From contig NIVC01001430.1 of assembly GCA_002269645.1 (NCBI GenBank), forward strand, positions 226,119-290,118: a stretch of 64,000 nt of DNA, read 5' to 3'. This DNA is from Macrostomum lignano (taxonomy: Eukaryota). The translations under genes were made by a program, and so were the position numbers. The notes under the pieces are model-generated. The model was not told the origin of the DNA and did no database searches. It was given only the letters and a program-made list of their open reading frames with translations. Below, in pieces: positions 14,801-26,610 of the stretch; positions within the stretch are counted from its first letter, which is position 1; each line of letters begins with the position of its first letter.

Positions 14801-16042
14801 GCCTGAAAATGAACTTTTTCATCTTTTTTCTATTTTACAATAGGCCTAACTCTTATTTACGTATGATTCTATAAAATGCATGCCAGGTGTGCACGCATAC
14901 TTTTTCAATGCACGCCCGAATTTTCGGGCATATACTACATGATCTGGAGTGTAGAATTATCTTGAAAGTAGGCCTATACCAGGATGGAATTCTTGTATTT
15001 TTTAAGTCAAATGGAATTATGCAATTTTTTTATGGCATGCAAAATATATTTTATTGGTCGCATTTTTTATTTCGGTACTTAGCACGTCGCAAAATAACAA
15101 AATAATGAAATAACGAAAGACAATAACAAAAAATGCATTCTAAAAAAATGTAGTGATTTGAATTTTCGTCCAAATATGTATGTTAAAGAATGTTACGAGT
15201 TTCTACTTTTTATAGAATTTTTTTGAATTTTTACTTTTGTGCCTTATTTAGTTTTTACTTTTTATTCTTTTTTTCTTCGTGATCTTAGCTAGTAGGATTA
15301 TCTTTTGCAAAATCCAATATCTCAAGCCCACTTTTGCATATATTAAGAATTAGCAATTTTGTCTGAAATTCTGCGACACATTTTTTCCGGATTTTTTGAT
15401 GCAAAATTGCATTTTTTCTCGCAATCGCATAACGCGTTGTGATTTTTCTGCAAGAATTCCATCCAGGGGCCTATAGATCTCAAAAATCTCAAAAATTTGA
15501 CATTGTCAGAGGCAATGTGGCTAGAGTTCCGGCACTAGAACCCATTTTCTAATGCCTATTGATCTGGCAGTGGTATGTATTCCAGTAGTGCAATTTATAG
15601 GTATAATATAGCAGAAACATTTTGCTTTTTAACAGGAGGTTGATATTGAGATTTTGTTCAAGATAAGATCAAAATGAAACGATGAGATTCAAATCAAGAT
15701 ACTTCTAATGTTTAAGATTACATTAGTAGAATACTGCCTGCAGAAGACTGCCGGATCAATAGCCATTAGTAAACGGGTTCTGGTGCTGGAACCCTAGCCA
15801 TTACCATTGACATTGTCAGAACCCTAGCACAGATTGTCCATCATATTTTTCGGCACACGCTGTGCCCCTTTTCAGACTATGGGATATAACTACTCAACTA
15901 GGTCTAGACCATTTGACATAGGCTTAATTAACACTTCCAGGCACCAATAAACATAATAACACTAAACAAAAACAAACAGAACAGTGAATCTGCCTGATTC
16001 TACATTTAATGACAGAAACGTTTGTAGCAAAACACTTACCAT
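5806..16042 (-). CDS. STAG: Cohesin subunit SA/stromalin (STAG/Scc3 family), ~1154 aa, 5 coding exons
   Basis: Exons complement(16040-16042, 10041-11609, 8898-9542, 7611-8180, 5806-6483), all GT-AG and phase 0. STAG/SCD motifs include FFISSSGCKG, RAFRHTSTLAA, HRYRDSQAEIRTICIQEIGQW, YNDFGDIMK, LKDLARRFNLSFG and NLAFFDVLAEFSNKLLR. The ATG-only first exon (ATG|GTAAGT) is the least certain part. Confidence 0.93.
6527..7510. repeat. 34-bp minisatellite in STAG intron 4 (~29 copies)
   Basis: Unit GGAGTGAAATGGCACTTCCGGTATCCGAAATCCA. Confidence 0.96.
8390..8740. repeat. 21-bp minisatellite in STAG intron 3
   Basis: Unit GTAGATATTCTTGATCTATCT with partly self-complementary arms. Confidence 0.93.
9740..10010. 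repeat. Degenerate ~40-bp tandem repeat in STAG intron 2
   Basis: Recurrent GACACC(C/T)TAATTGTAAAA...CCCTA(A/G)AATCCC. Confidence 0.75.
14150..15765. repeat. ~260-bp imperfect inverted repeat pair (14150-14406 / 15510-15765) enclosing two MITE-like elements
   Basis: AGAAAATGGGTTCTAGTGCC versus GGCACTAGAACCCATTTTCT, with further matching blocks. Inner TIR pairs: TCCAGATCATG/CATGATCTGGA (14506-14948) and GGATGGAATTCTTG/CAAGAATTCCATCC (~14984-15463). Confidence 0.75.
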
Positions 16043-17116
16043 GCGTAGAATAAAATTTGCTGTCTAACTACAATTACGATACGCTTCACTCCCCTACTTG
16101 TTTCTGGTATCGTTAAACATTCGAAAAGTACGAGGTGGCTGTGTGTGTGTGAAGTTCTCAGAATTTAGTTCGGGGCTTTATTTTTGCAAATTGAATATTT
16201 CTTACGCTTTAAAAAATTCATTGCGTAAAACAAAACCTGCATTAGGTTTTAACAAAAGCTGTTCATTATAATAAAGAATGATTAGGTCTACGTGATAAAA
16301 CTGCTGTTTTAAAATTATATATTACAGCAAAATATTTTTTAAAAAGAAGTGTTCATTTTAGAGCCTATTTTATCCATTCAGTAAAAAACGGCTTGATGCG
16401 TTTTACGTACCGTTTGACTAAACTAAAGTTACAGGTCAGGTTGATTGTATAAGTATTGTAGAAACTGATTCAGATCCGTTGACCAGCACTAGATGTAACG
16501 ACTTGGCAAGAAAGTAGTAAAAGTAGATCTGTGATTGAATAAAGAATAACATACATATAACTCGTAACTACTAGTCACAGCTGTAACCTGTAAAGAATAA
16601 GAAGAGGATATAAATATGAAAACTCAAGTGCGATTTAAAAAATGCGTCCTTCATCAATTTTGATCACTTTATGCCTTTACCATAATTCTCCACGCTTTGA
16701 AAACTAAACCCGGACTACATGTAAATATATCAGGTGCGGATCCATGCAGAAGTATACATGTATATGTATGTAATGTATGTAACACGATAATGTTTTTTCC
16801 ATATAAAAAATAAATAAATTCTAACGGGGGGCGCACCTTGTGCGTTTTCTAAATCTACCATCCATGGTAAATGTATATGTACACACAGTACAATTAATCA
16901 AACAATAATCCTGAATTTAATAAATCAGCGTTATTATGGTGACATAAAAAATTATGAATATACTACAGTATATGTGTGCTAGCTATATAATATTTAATGC
17001 TTAGAAACTGTGGAAATGGGTACATTTCAATATTCAACAACTGACGATGGCCATCTTGCTAATAAACTAAAATCCAAAATACGTGCATGTGCACTAAAAT
17101 TTACTCACACTCTTGA

Positions 17117-17321
17117 CAGTGGTAGCGCAATCAGAAATTTGTTGAGGGTGCGAATTCTGGAGGGTAAAGACCGAAGGGGGTGGAGGGGGTGCGCGGCTCT
17201 GTATTTTGGCGACCGCTGGCCCTCCTTTGATTTTTTTCTGGTTTCCGCCTAAAGGGGGAGCGCGCGTGACCGCGCGCCCCCGTGCCCCGCCTCCACCACC
17301 CCCCCGCCCGGTTGCGCCACT
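17117..17321. mobile_element. Possible hAT-like MITE (~200 bp)
   Basis: Imperfect termini CAGTGGTAGCGCAATC / GGTTGCGCCACTG. No clear TSD. Confidence 0.4.
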
Positions 17322-18734
17322 GTTAACATTTAATGAAGATCTCTGAACTTTATACCGTTCAAAAAATCAAAAAGTATCTTTCTTCAAGACGTTTACACCT
17401 GAACATGTGTAGGCATACTTACGAAAGTTCTTATGCTTCGAAGTAGTGATGAACATTAAATGACTCATTAAGTGATTGCAAAGTCAAATCGAAGCGCGGC
17501 TGCATGCAAATTCATTTCAATCTTTCGATGGTCGGTTAAAAAGACACTCGGAAGATAGTATGTATAGTAAACAAGAAAAAATGTGTACTTTTATTTAAAG
17601 ACAATAATTATCGTAGACAAACATTTCAACCTCTCTTAAACAAAAAAGTTTTCACAGAGACATTAAAATTTCTGAGCACCATAAACGTTACCATACGACA
17701 TACATACTAATGAAAGTAGAATATGGAAGGGAAATGTCACGCTGCATCTTTTTTAGACTTTTCATTAATACATTCGAATGATCGCATGATGGGTTTCTAT
17801 TCTAATATAATTTACAAAGCTGTCGGCCTGTCACTGTAAAGCAAAAGTGCAAATCGGATTGATGGGTGTTGTGGTTTTTCGGAATGAAATTGAAGGTAAG
17901 GATGATTGTGTTAGTAAATTTTATGAATAAAAACTGTTTACTAATAGTGTGCGCAAGTTGAGCGAGAAGTTATATATAGATACTGAATAAAAAATTGAGT
18001 AATATTTGTCATGGAAGGCTGATAAGCATACGCATGTACTCCAGGATCATGGCTAATGCATTTTTGGCTAAGAGATCTCAATCACAGCTTACATTAATAA
18101 AGAACCAATGTATGAGTTAGAAAATGAAAAAATGAAAAAATTACAACGGAATATATCAAGTAGTTAGTTTGAACGACAATATCAGCATACTGCTATAGTG
18201 GTCTTTGGTTTGGCCATAGACAAATTTTATTCTTTCCTCCATGGAAACATCTCTAAAAGTTTTCTTTTAATTTAACTCGGTAGACCATAGATCTACCATA
18301 GATAGACCACTTTGTATTGCAGCAATAGGGAAAGTGGCAATAGGAAAAAAAGCCGACATGGGTTGCTTATAAATTTGAGTTCAGTAGCTTAGGGACATAG
18401 ACGCTATCTTTTGAGAATTTGATGAACTACTTATGAACTAAATAAAAAAGCTACTCAATGAAACTAAGAATGATGCATGCACTGCAGAGACTACTGACGA
18501 AATTGAGTTCAGTAGTTGATTGTTGCGCTGCCCGCGAGTTGCAGAATTTTTCACATTGGCTTCTATGGCCAGTTAAGTGGTTTATAATGAGTGGCCTATC
18601 TTGTGGCCCAGCCAACCTATACTCACACGCTTGAACCAAAATGACATCTGCGCATAAATAAACAGTCTGCTTGTTCTCTCAAGTAGTTAATTATACGCCC
18701 GTAACGAGCTTCTACGTTTTTTCTATTCGATTGA

Positions 18735-21700
18735 TCAGTCGCTCAGAGCCGTTTGCAGCTGAGCCCAGGTCCTGATGTGCAGCAACTCAGCCCACAGCAC
18801 CAGCCTCGTTGGCGATGAGCCGAGCTTCTGTCCGAAAGTCAGCAGCACGTGAGGTCGCACGGAGTCGACATTGGAGGCTGCTGACGATGCCGAAGCGGCC
18901 GAGAGTCGAGCTGCGGCTCGATGACGCCGTTGGCTTTGCTGCTGTTGCTTATTGAAAGCCGTCTCCGTCAAGAAGGCATTGGCGCTGAATATCTGCTGCT
19001 GCTGCAGCCGCGACAGCTCCTGAGGCTTGGCGCTGTACTCGCCGCCAACGCACTCGTAGGCGAACACTCTGGTGTGGCACCTTTGGAGAGCGGGGCTTTT
19101 TGATAGCAGTAGTATTTTTCAGCTCTTACCGATGCGTTTGCATGGATAGTTTGTTGAATTTCAGATCCGCAGCCAGAGAGGAGGAGGCAAGCATGTCTCA
19201 TGCCTCTGTAACAGATACGTACGCAGGCACGAACTCACACAAGGTGTACAGACAGTGGCCCTGACTTTCTTGTTGTCAGGTATGTACATGTACACACATA
19301 GGGCCTTGAGGATTGGCCCGCATAGCAAGAGCAAGGACTATACTCAACTAGAAGGACGGGGAAAACCTCGTTTCTTAGAAAATTTTAGGAGACAGCTATA
19401 GGTTTTCCCGAAAAAATACACTACGGAGATAGAAAGCTTTTGATATTTCTTGCCTTTCTTATAGCTTCAGAAAGTAAGGATTCTATATTGATTTTTTATT
19501 CTACGTACAATTGCACGTGTCCTGCGCCTAGAAACCATTAAAATTCGGCATGGCTCAGCTAGTTTGTCTTATGAATCTATTTTTGTCATTCTTATAGCTG
19601 ACAGCTGTGTAGCAATACGCGTACCATGCCCAACGAAAATTATAGCTATGAGGAGAGCGCCCGAGTCGGACTGCAAATCAACGCATGCCAGACGGAGGTG
19701 CAGCACGTGGGCACCGATGCAGCACCAATCCTGACCCTACCAGATGGGCAAGTCATTTCAGTCTGCAGAGACTTCCGGTACCTGGACTCCCTCGTGATGA
19801 GCCCTGACTCCATCATCGCTGACCGGAGGTCACAGGCCTGGCGTGCGGCTCATCTCCTCAGGGAGGTCTTCAGCTCAGCTGCCAACGACGACCTGAAGGT
19901 GCGCCTGTTCCGCGCTGCCGTAGAGCCAATCTTCCTGCACGGACTGGAGGCAATGCCAATGACCGACTCGAGGTCCCGAGCCCTGGACGCTGCCTACCGA
20001 TCGCTGCTGCGGTTCGCCCTTGGCATCCATTACCCAGAGCGGCTGCCGACGGACCTGCTGATGGCGAGAGCTTGCGTGCCTCAGCTCAGTGCCACCCTCC
20101 AGCGGCGCCGGCTAATGCTCGTCGGCCACTGCCTCCGCAGCTACGACAGAGGGGAGCAAAACCCGCTGGCGCTCACCCTGCTGCATCAGCCAACCGAGCG
20201 TCTCCGACGGGGCCAAGGCCGCGGACCGCCACGCCAGAGTCTGACCTACAAGCCATTAACCTGACCCCAAAATCTGTCACAAACTCAATCACAGTCACAG
20301 TCACTCAGTCACAAACAAAAAATCAATATAGAATCCTAATAAGAGCTACATAAGATGAACTTTGGGTCTGCCTCCTATCAAAAGCAATAACAAATTTTGT
20401 ATTGAAAACATGCAAACTTCCAATTTCCGTAGTTTGTAGTTTTTCGGAAAAAACCTGCCTCCTAAAATTTTCCAAGAAACGAAGCTTCACGTCCTTCTAC
20501 TTGAGTAGTCAGTCCTTGAGCAAGAGCCGTATCTGCAGAGTGATGTACACCATGATCTGACGATTAGAAAGGCTGAGCCTCTGTACTCATGTATGAGTGT
20601 GTCTGCGAGAGGAATGACTGTGGGTCTGACCTTCAATGATATTTAAAAAGATCTACAGTTTAAAAGTGGACGTAAATCTCTTGTCAGGCTCTTGTAACTT
20701 TCTAGCATGTTAAAATGACTGAAAAACGCATTTATTCTACTGTTAGTAGCAATAATCAAAAGCTTTGCCGCTGTAACTCACTTTCGATTAGCTTCAATGA
20801 TAAAATCGCCGTTAGATTGATAAACTCGAAGCTGCAGACCCCCGCTGAGAAAGACGAGCACGTCAGAGATGAGCCACTTGTGCTTGGCCACGGCGTCTGG
20901 GACATCGACCGACACCAACTCTGGTTGCTGCACTGCTCCCGGCTCCGTCTGGGTGTCCCCTGTCTGCTCCGGCTCGGCACACCTGAGGATCGAAGCGCAA
21001 AGTATCACCGCTTGCAAATATTTTTTTACTTTTCAAGTTAGATGTAGACCCGTATGTAGGAGCTCAGTAATGCATGTATTATTCTCTTAATCGAACAATG
21101 CATGGGAATATCCTGCGATAGGTCCTGATATTGATTTTTGCAGGGTCAAGTGAATTTGAGTGTCTACCCCGCTGCTCAACGTGTCTACTACTCCCACACT
21201 TGAGAAGTTAATCGGAGCATATGTGCATGTAATGTGACGATGTTTGAAAACTTTGAAAATCGCATTTCATGCACTCATACACACGCTCACTCAGGGTGTA
21301 CAGCGCCCCCTGACTTTCTTGATCGTCAGGAATGTACCCGTGCCCCGGGTCTATAATTTGACACGGAACAGTGAACTCACCCAACCACAAATCCCTGCTC
21401 TTCCCCTAGCAGCTGGCCGCATTGAATGCAGGCCCCAGCAGGATTCGTGATGAGCTGATGGAACAGCCGGTGTTTCATGTGGTGAAACACCAGCAGGAAT
21501 GCCCCACCGCTGGGACTGGCCGGATCCAACAGCCAAGCACTCTCATCGGTGCTCAGCGTTGGACAAGCGTCGGGAAATCCGCCGATTGCTCTGGCCAGCT
21601 CTTCGCCGAGCTGAAGTAGCCGACGGTGTCGCAGTTGGGCCATCAGATTCTGTTGACGGTGCAGCTCAACCTGCCGTTGACGTTCCTGGCGTTGAAGTAG

Positions 21701-23235
21701 TTTGTCGCGCTGTAGCTTCGAGTATTCCTCGTCGCTAGGCGTTAAGTTTACCAGTTGAAATCTGCGCTGCCCGTTTCTCGGCTTTCGGTCGACGACTTTG
21801 ATGAGGCTGCAGTGAGGAGAGGATATTCTGGATGATGTCTATTCTCAGCTCTGACTCTAGATGATGTCTATTCTCAGCTCTGACTCTAGATGATGTCTAT
21901 TCTCAGCTCTGACTCTGGATGATGTCTATTCTCAGCTCTGAATCTGGATGATGTCTATTCTCAGTTCTGACTCTAGATTCTGTCTATTCTAAGCTCTGAA
22001 TCTGAATGATGTCTATTCTCAGCTCTGACTCTGGATGATGTCTATTCTCATCCCTCACTCTAGATGATGTCTATTCTCAACTCTGACTCTGGATGATGTC
22101 TATTCTCATCCCTAACTCTAGATGATGTCTATTCTCAGCTCTGACTCTGGATGATGTCTATTCTCATCCCTCACTCTAGATGATGTCTATTCTCATCCCT
22201 CACTCTAGATGATGTCTATTCTCAGCTCTGACTCTGGATGATGTCTATTCTCATCCCTCACTCTAGATGATGTCTATTCTCAACTCTGACTCTGGATGAT
22301 GTCTATTCTCATCCCTAACTCTAGATGATGTCTATTCTCAGCTCTGACTCTGGATGATGTCTATTCTCATCCCTAACTCTAGATGATGTCTATTCTCATC
22401 CCTCACTCTGGATGATGTCTATTCTCATCCCTCACTCTAGATGATGTCTATTCTCAGCTCTGACTCTGGATGATGTCTATTCTCAGCCCTGACTCTAGAT
22501 GATGTCTATTCTCATCCCTCACTCTAGATGATGTCTATTCTCAGCTCTGACTCTGGATGATGTCTATTCTCAGCTCTGACTCTGGATGATGTCTATTCTC
22601 ATCCCTCACTCTAGATGATGTCTATTCTCAGCTCTGAATCTGGATGCTGTCTATTCTCAGCTCTGACTCTGGATGATGTCTATTCTCATCCCTGACTCTA
22701 GATTATGTCTATTCTTATCTGTGACTCTGGATGATATCTATTCTCATCCCTGACTTTGGATGATGTCTATTCTTATCTGTGACTCTGGATGGTGCCTACC
22801 CTTATCTGTGACTCCTAGTAAGCCTAAATGGATGGGATGGTTATTGTAGATTCTCACGGGCTCTTATTGATAGCGCAGCGAAGTCGAGCCTTGCAGGCCG
22901 TCCAGTCCGAGCAAATGCCTGCGTTGCCAGTAGCCTTGTTCCTATTGCTGTATCTCTCCCAATCGAGAAACACCTGAATTTCAAATGAATCAAGACCATA
23001 GTTTTACATTAATCTATAGCAACTTTATGGACAAAAATAGTAAAATTAGAAGTTGTAAGTAAATTCCAAACCTTACCTCGAACTCCTCCGGATTCCAAGA
23101 GCTGCTATTGTGGTGCATCCAGGACATGGTGAAAATGCCAGCACTCTTGTCTACCCAGGCCAATCTTTGGAATCGGCCTTCATTAAGTCTGGTTTTAAGC
23201 CAGGTAGTCAGCATGTGCTTTGCTTTTGGAGCCAT
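18735..23235 (-). CDS. IRF: Interferon regulatory factor family protein with N-terminal DNA-binding domain and C-terminal IAD (SMAD/FHA-like) domain, ~415 aa, 5 exons
   Basis: Exons complement(23077-23235, 22858-22973, 21381-21806, 20782-20982, 18735-19080), all GT-AG with consistent phases 0,2,2,2. Trp pentad W12/27/39/47/58 and helix CKARLRCAINKS. IAD-like NRKCHTRVF...QIFSANAFLTE...RPHVLLTFGQ. Confidence 0.88.
19220..20620. repeat. ~250-bp imperfect inverted repeats (19220-19470 / 20390-20620) flanking the LINE fragment
   Basis: TACTCAACTAGAAGGACG...CGTTTCTTAGAAAATTTTAGGAG matches the reverse complement of CTCCTAAAATTTTCCAAGAAACG...CGTCCTTCTACTTGAGTA. Confidence 0.75.
19626..20230 (+). mobile_element. 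5'-truncated RTE-like non-LTR retrotransposon fragment (RT C-terminus) in IRF intron 4
   Basis: GLQINACQTE...FRYLDS...KVRLFRAAVEPIFLHGLE...LQRRRLMLVGHCLR, typical of the RTE-clade post-YADD region. Confidence 0.85.
21828..22815. repeat. 30-bp minisatellite in IRF intron 2
   Basis: Unit GGATGATGTCTATTCTCAGCTCTGACTCTA, with a CATCCCTCACTC variant. Confidence 0.96.
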
Positions 23236-26139
23236 GCAGTATATGTTGACAATGACCAAAGATCAACAGATATGCACAATATTACATGTTTTTGACACAT
23301 GATTTAAACATTTTAACTCTAAATACATAAAAATCACACTAAAAGAGTATAACCTCTACAGCTGCTAGCAGGAAATCGAAATTTTGATTTTAAAAAATAT
23401 TCTACTGGATTATCCTATCCACTATACTAAAAATGGTTTGTCTTTTCTAGGTAAATAGGTAGGTATGTGATTGATTATTTAATAATTACAACAAGAATTC
23501 ATTTCATTTAGCCTAGCCTCAGTGCATGGCTTAGTGTGTTAATGAATATGGTTATTCTATTCCATATTTAAAACCTGTTAATGACAAAACTAGAACTTTT
23601 CCCATATCAAAATAGTAGCTAATAATTGTTTTAGCATAAAATTACATGGGTCTACTTTTGAACAAAATCAATGCTATATGTCCCACGTAACTGATGTAAA
23701 ACTACGTAGATTTAAGACAATGTATAAAGTTCATACAAAAAAATATGACTCTTTTCATACAGAAAATAACTAGTTGTTGTTGCTGCTTAGCAACAAATAA
23801 CTAGTTCGAGCTATAGCTATTAAGATTTGTCTTTGAATGAGTTTTAACCAAAAAGTAGAAAAAGAATGAAACAACTTTTTTTACTCAAGCCTACCGTTTT
23901 GAGGATTGTTGGTTATTTAAAAAAATTAACATTAGGCCCAGGAAAAATTTATATCAAAACACTAAACTACCCGCTACGCTAAACTAAAAATCTGTGAAAC
24001 ACAGACGAGTATCACAATTCAGACTCAGACTCCAGAGAAGACAACTGAGACAAGGTGTAGTTCCGGAATCGAGTTTTGCAATAGTGCAACTTTTTGATAG
24101 AAAACACTTGTTTTGGCTAAGCACAATGGATCACAGTTAAAAAAAATTAATTGTTTAGTGGCCCATCTGAGTCTTTGATTCTAATAATAGCAATCGAGTT
24201 TCGTTTTCGAATAGATTCTGTACATGTTATTGTTAAGCGCAAGAATTCCTGAAGTTGAAGCTTTGTTTCTAGTGTCATTCTGCATAATAAAGAATTAGTA
24301 ACATTTATTTCCTTTGATGTACAAATGGAAGGATCTCTAAACTTTATAAAAATTAATGAATCATACATTAAAGCAAGCTAGTTTAATTCATATTTTTGTT
24401 GGAAAATATTTTGTTTTAATGCATTTAATTTTAAGCCCGGTAGTTCGCTTCTACTAGCTAGTCGCTAGCTGGGTCCTATCCACTTTTAAGCCCATGCCCC
24501 AGAAAAGGCTTGAAAATTGATAGATTAGTATATAAAAGTATGCCTCAAAAAGTTTTAACATTCAATCTTTTTTGAGTGGGCTTGCTGGTTCAGCCGAGTT
24601 GGCATTTGTGGTTAAAAGATCTCTCCTCCAAAACAGCAAGTTGAAACATTGCACCAAATAATAAATAAAATATAATAGCATCTCTATTCTTACTTTTAGC
24701 AAAACTTTTAGAAAAAACTTTTAGGAATTCAGAGAAATCAGGCTTAACGTTTAAATTCACGCAATCCGCGGCGCATTTCTGCTTGCTCCATTCCATGCAT
24801 GAGAACTTGCATGAGAAACTTGCATGAGAACTGATGATGAGAACTTGCCGGCGAACCAGAGGCGTGCACTAAATAGGCACTTTTTTCGACTGCAGCTTGC
24901 TTGCTTGCTTTCGCCGATCTATTATTGCACCTAAAAAAGCTATTGAAATGTTTAAGACCATCGTCATAACGTTACCTTTTTGCCCAAAGTACATGCACAC
25001 TGCATCCATTTCATTTTAAAGTTTAACTGTAACTTTACTGCGAGGAGCAATAAAATATTATTGAGTCATAAATATATTGCAGGATGTTTTGGGCACCACC
25101 TTTTAACGCAACGCTTTCGGTAAATTCGTGAAAACGAATTTCGGTGATCTCGGATATGCTGTAAGCAGGAACCGTGGCTCATTATACGCGTTTTTCTCTG
25201 GTGCCTTTATCGGATAATCCTTATTAACTGGATAATCCAGAGACCAGCACAAATAGAGCGAGTTAAGATCTGAAATCGCGCAAGATGGGAAAAAGGAAGC
25301 TTGTACACGAATTTAGCTAGTTCTATTAATAGGTTGCTAAGTGTGTGGGTTAGAAATTCGGAGTTTTGTAAATCATGCTTTGAGTTGGATAAATTTTGGG
25401 ATAGAAGTCTTCCTTCTCTTAACTCTAACCATAGATGATTAAATTAACAGTCCTCTCTCGGTTGTCAAGCTACTTGGGGTTGACCTCGCCTTCTTGTTGG
25501 CCAGCTTCGGGTTGGATAGAAGTCCGTGGGGCGGGCCGTGCGATTCTCCTCCAAAGTTCGCCCGGTTCTTACGCGTGCCACGGACCGATTGCTCTTTTTG
25601 ACGTCATTGCTGTCTGAGTCGGGCTTCTCCCGGCCGGTTTGAGCGCCATTGTGCCTGCGCGGGTGTTGCTAGTCGCTGGAATGGAAAGAGGCTTTATTAG
25701 ATTCGGTCATTCATACCTGACTTGACAGTTTATTAATTGTCTTAATGCTGCTTCTGTTTGCCCTTCTAATAGCTATCTAGGGGTTCCATTGTGCTTTTCT
25801 GCCTCGCCCTTCACTGCGCCTGGGCATTTCATAGTTTTCTACTTATATCTTCTGGTTTAGGGTCAAAACTACAGATTGTCATTAACTTTCCTGAGCTCAA
25901 GTGTCCCTTTTCGGGGTATCAATAAATGAAATTTCGTCTCAAATTTTCGTAGTCTATGGTAAAACAAGTTACAATCAAGAATGCTTTTATATTTGAAAAG
26001 AAATTATACTTTTATAGGATTATTATGATTTAGTTTTCTTTTACGTTTTCGTACTTTTATAATTTCGTAACAGTAACGCAACAATTTTCGGCTTGTTAGT
26101 TTAGTTCATTCAATCAAACGACATTTTACTTTTTCCAAG

Positions 26140-26610
26140 CTACTGCTTACCAACTCCAGTTAGATTAAACGTGCAATTCTGGAAGGTCCCGTTAAAGTTC
26201 ACGACGATTGCAGCCGGCTCTGATTGCCGTTCTCCATACTTGGTTTCAATAGCCCTTGGTTTCAATATCTCACTGATCGCCACTTCACCATCCTGACCAA
26301 CACGACGGATAGAGACCTGGGAGGCGCTTGTCTCGACGCTCAGCGCTGATGACATCGCACGGAAGTCGGCATCGCGCCTCACTCGCGTATAGCGCTCCAC
26401 GCTCGCTGAACTCTTTAAGGTCGGTGTTAACCGCGATGGTCCTGATCTTCGCTTAGGTCCTGCTGAATCTCTTCAGCGTCTAGTTGTCGAGCGAACTCGC
26501 CACTCAATTCTTCCAAATAGCGGGTTGCTGACTCTGACGACACCCAATTCAACTCCTCTGTTGACAGACCGCTGATAAGTTGGTCGGGCAGATTCGCATA
26601 GTTGAACATT
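26140..26610 (-). mobile_element. Crypton/DUF3504-like tyrosine recombinase remnant (C-terminal part, internally deleted)
   Basis: SVERYTRVRRDADFRAMSSALS followed by FNGTFQNCTFNL resembles the region after the catalytic Tyr of Crypton YRs. Recognised from memory of the family only. Confidence 0.45.

Noticed and set aside
19244-19290. Hammerhead ribozyme in the SINE hairpin
   Set aside because: The CTGANGA and GAAA catalytic core elements are not present in the required arrangement.
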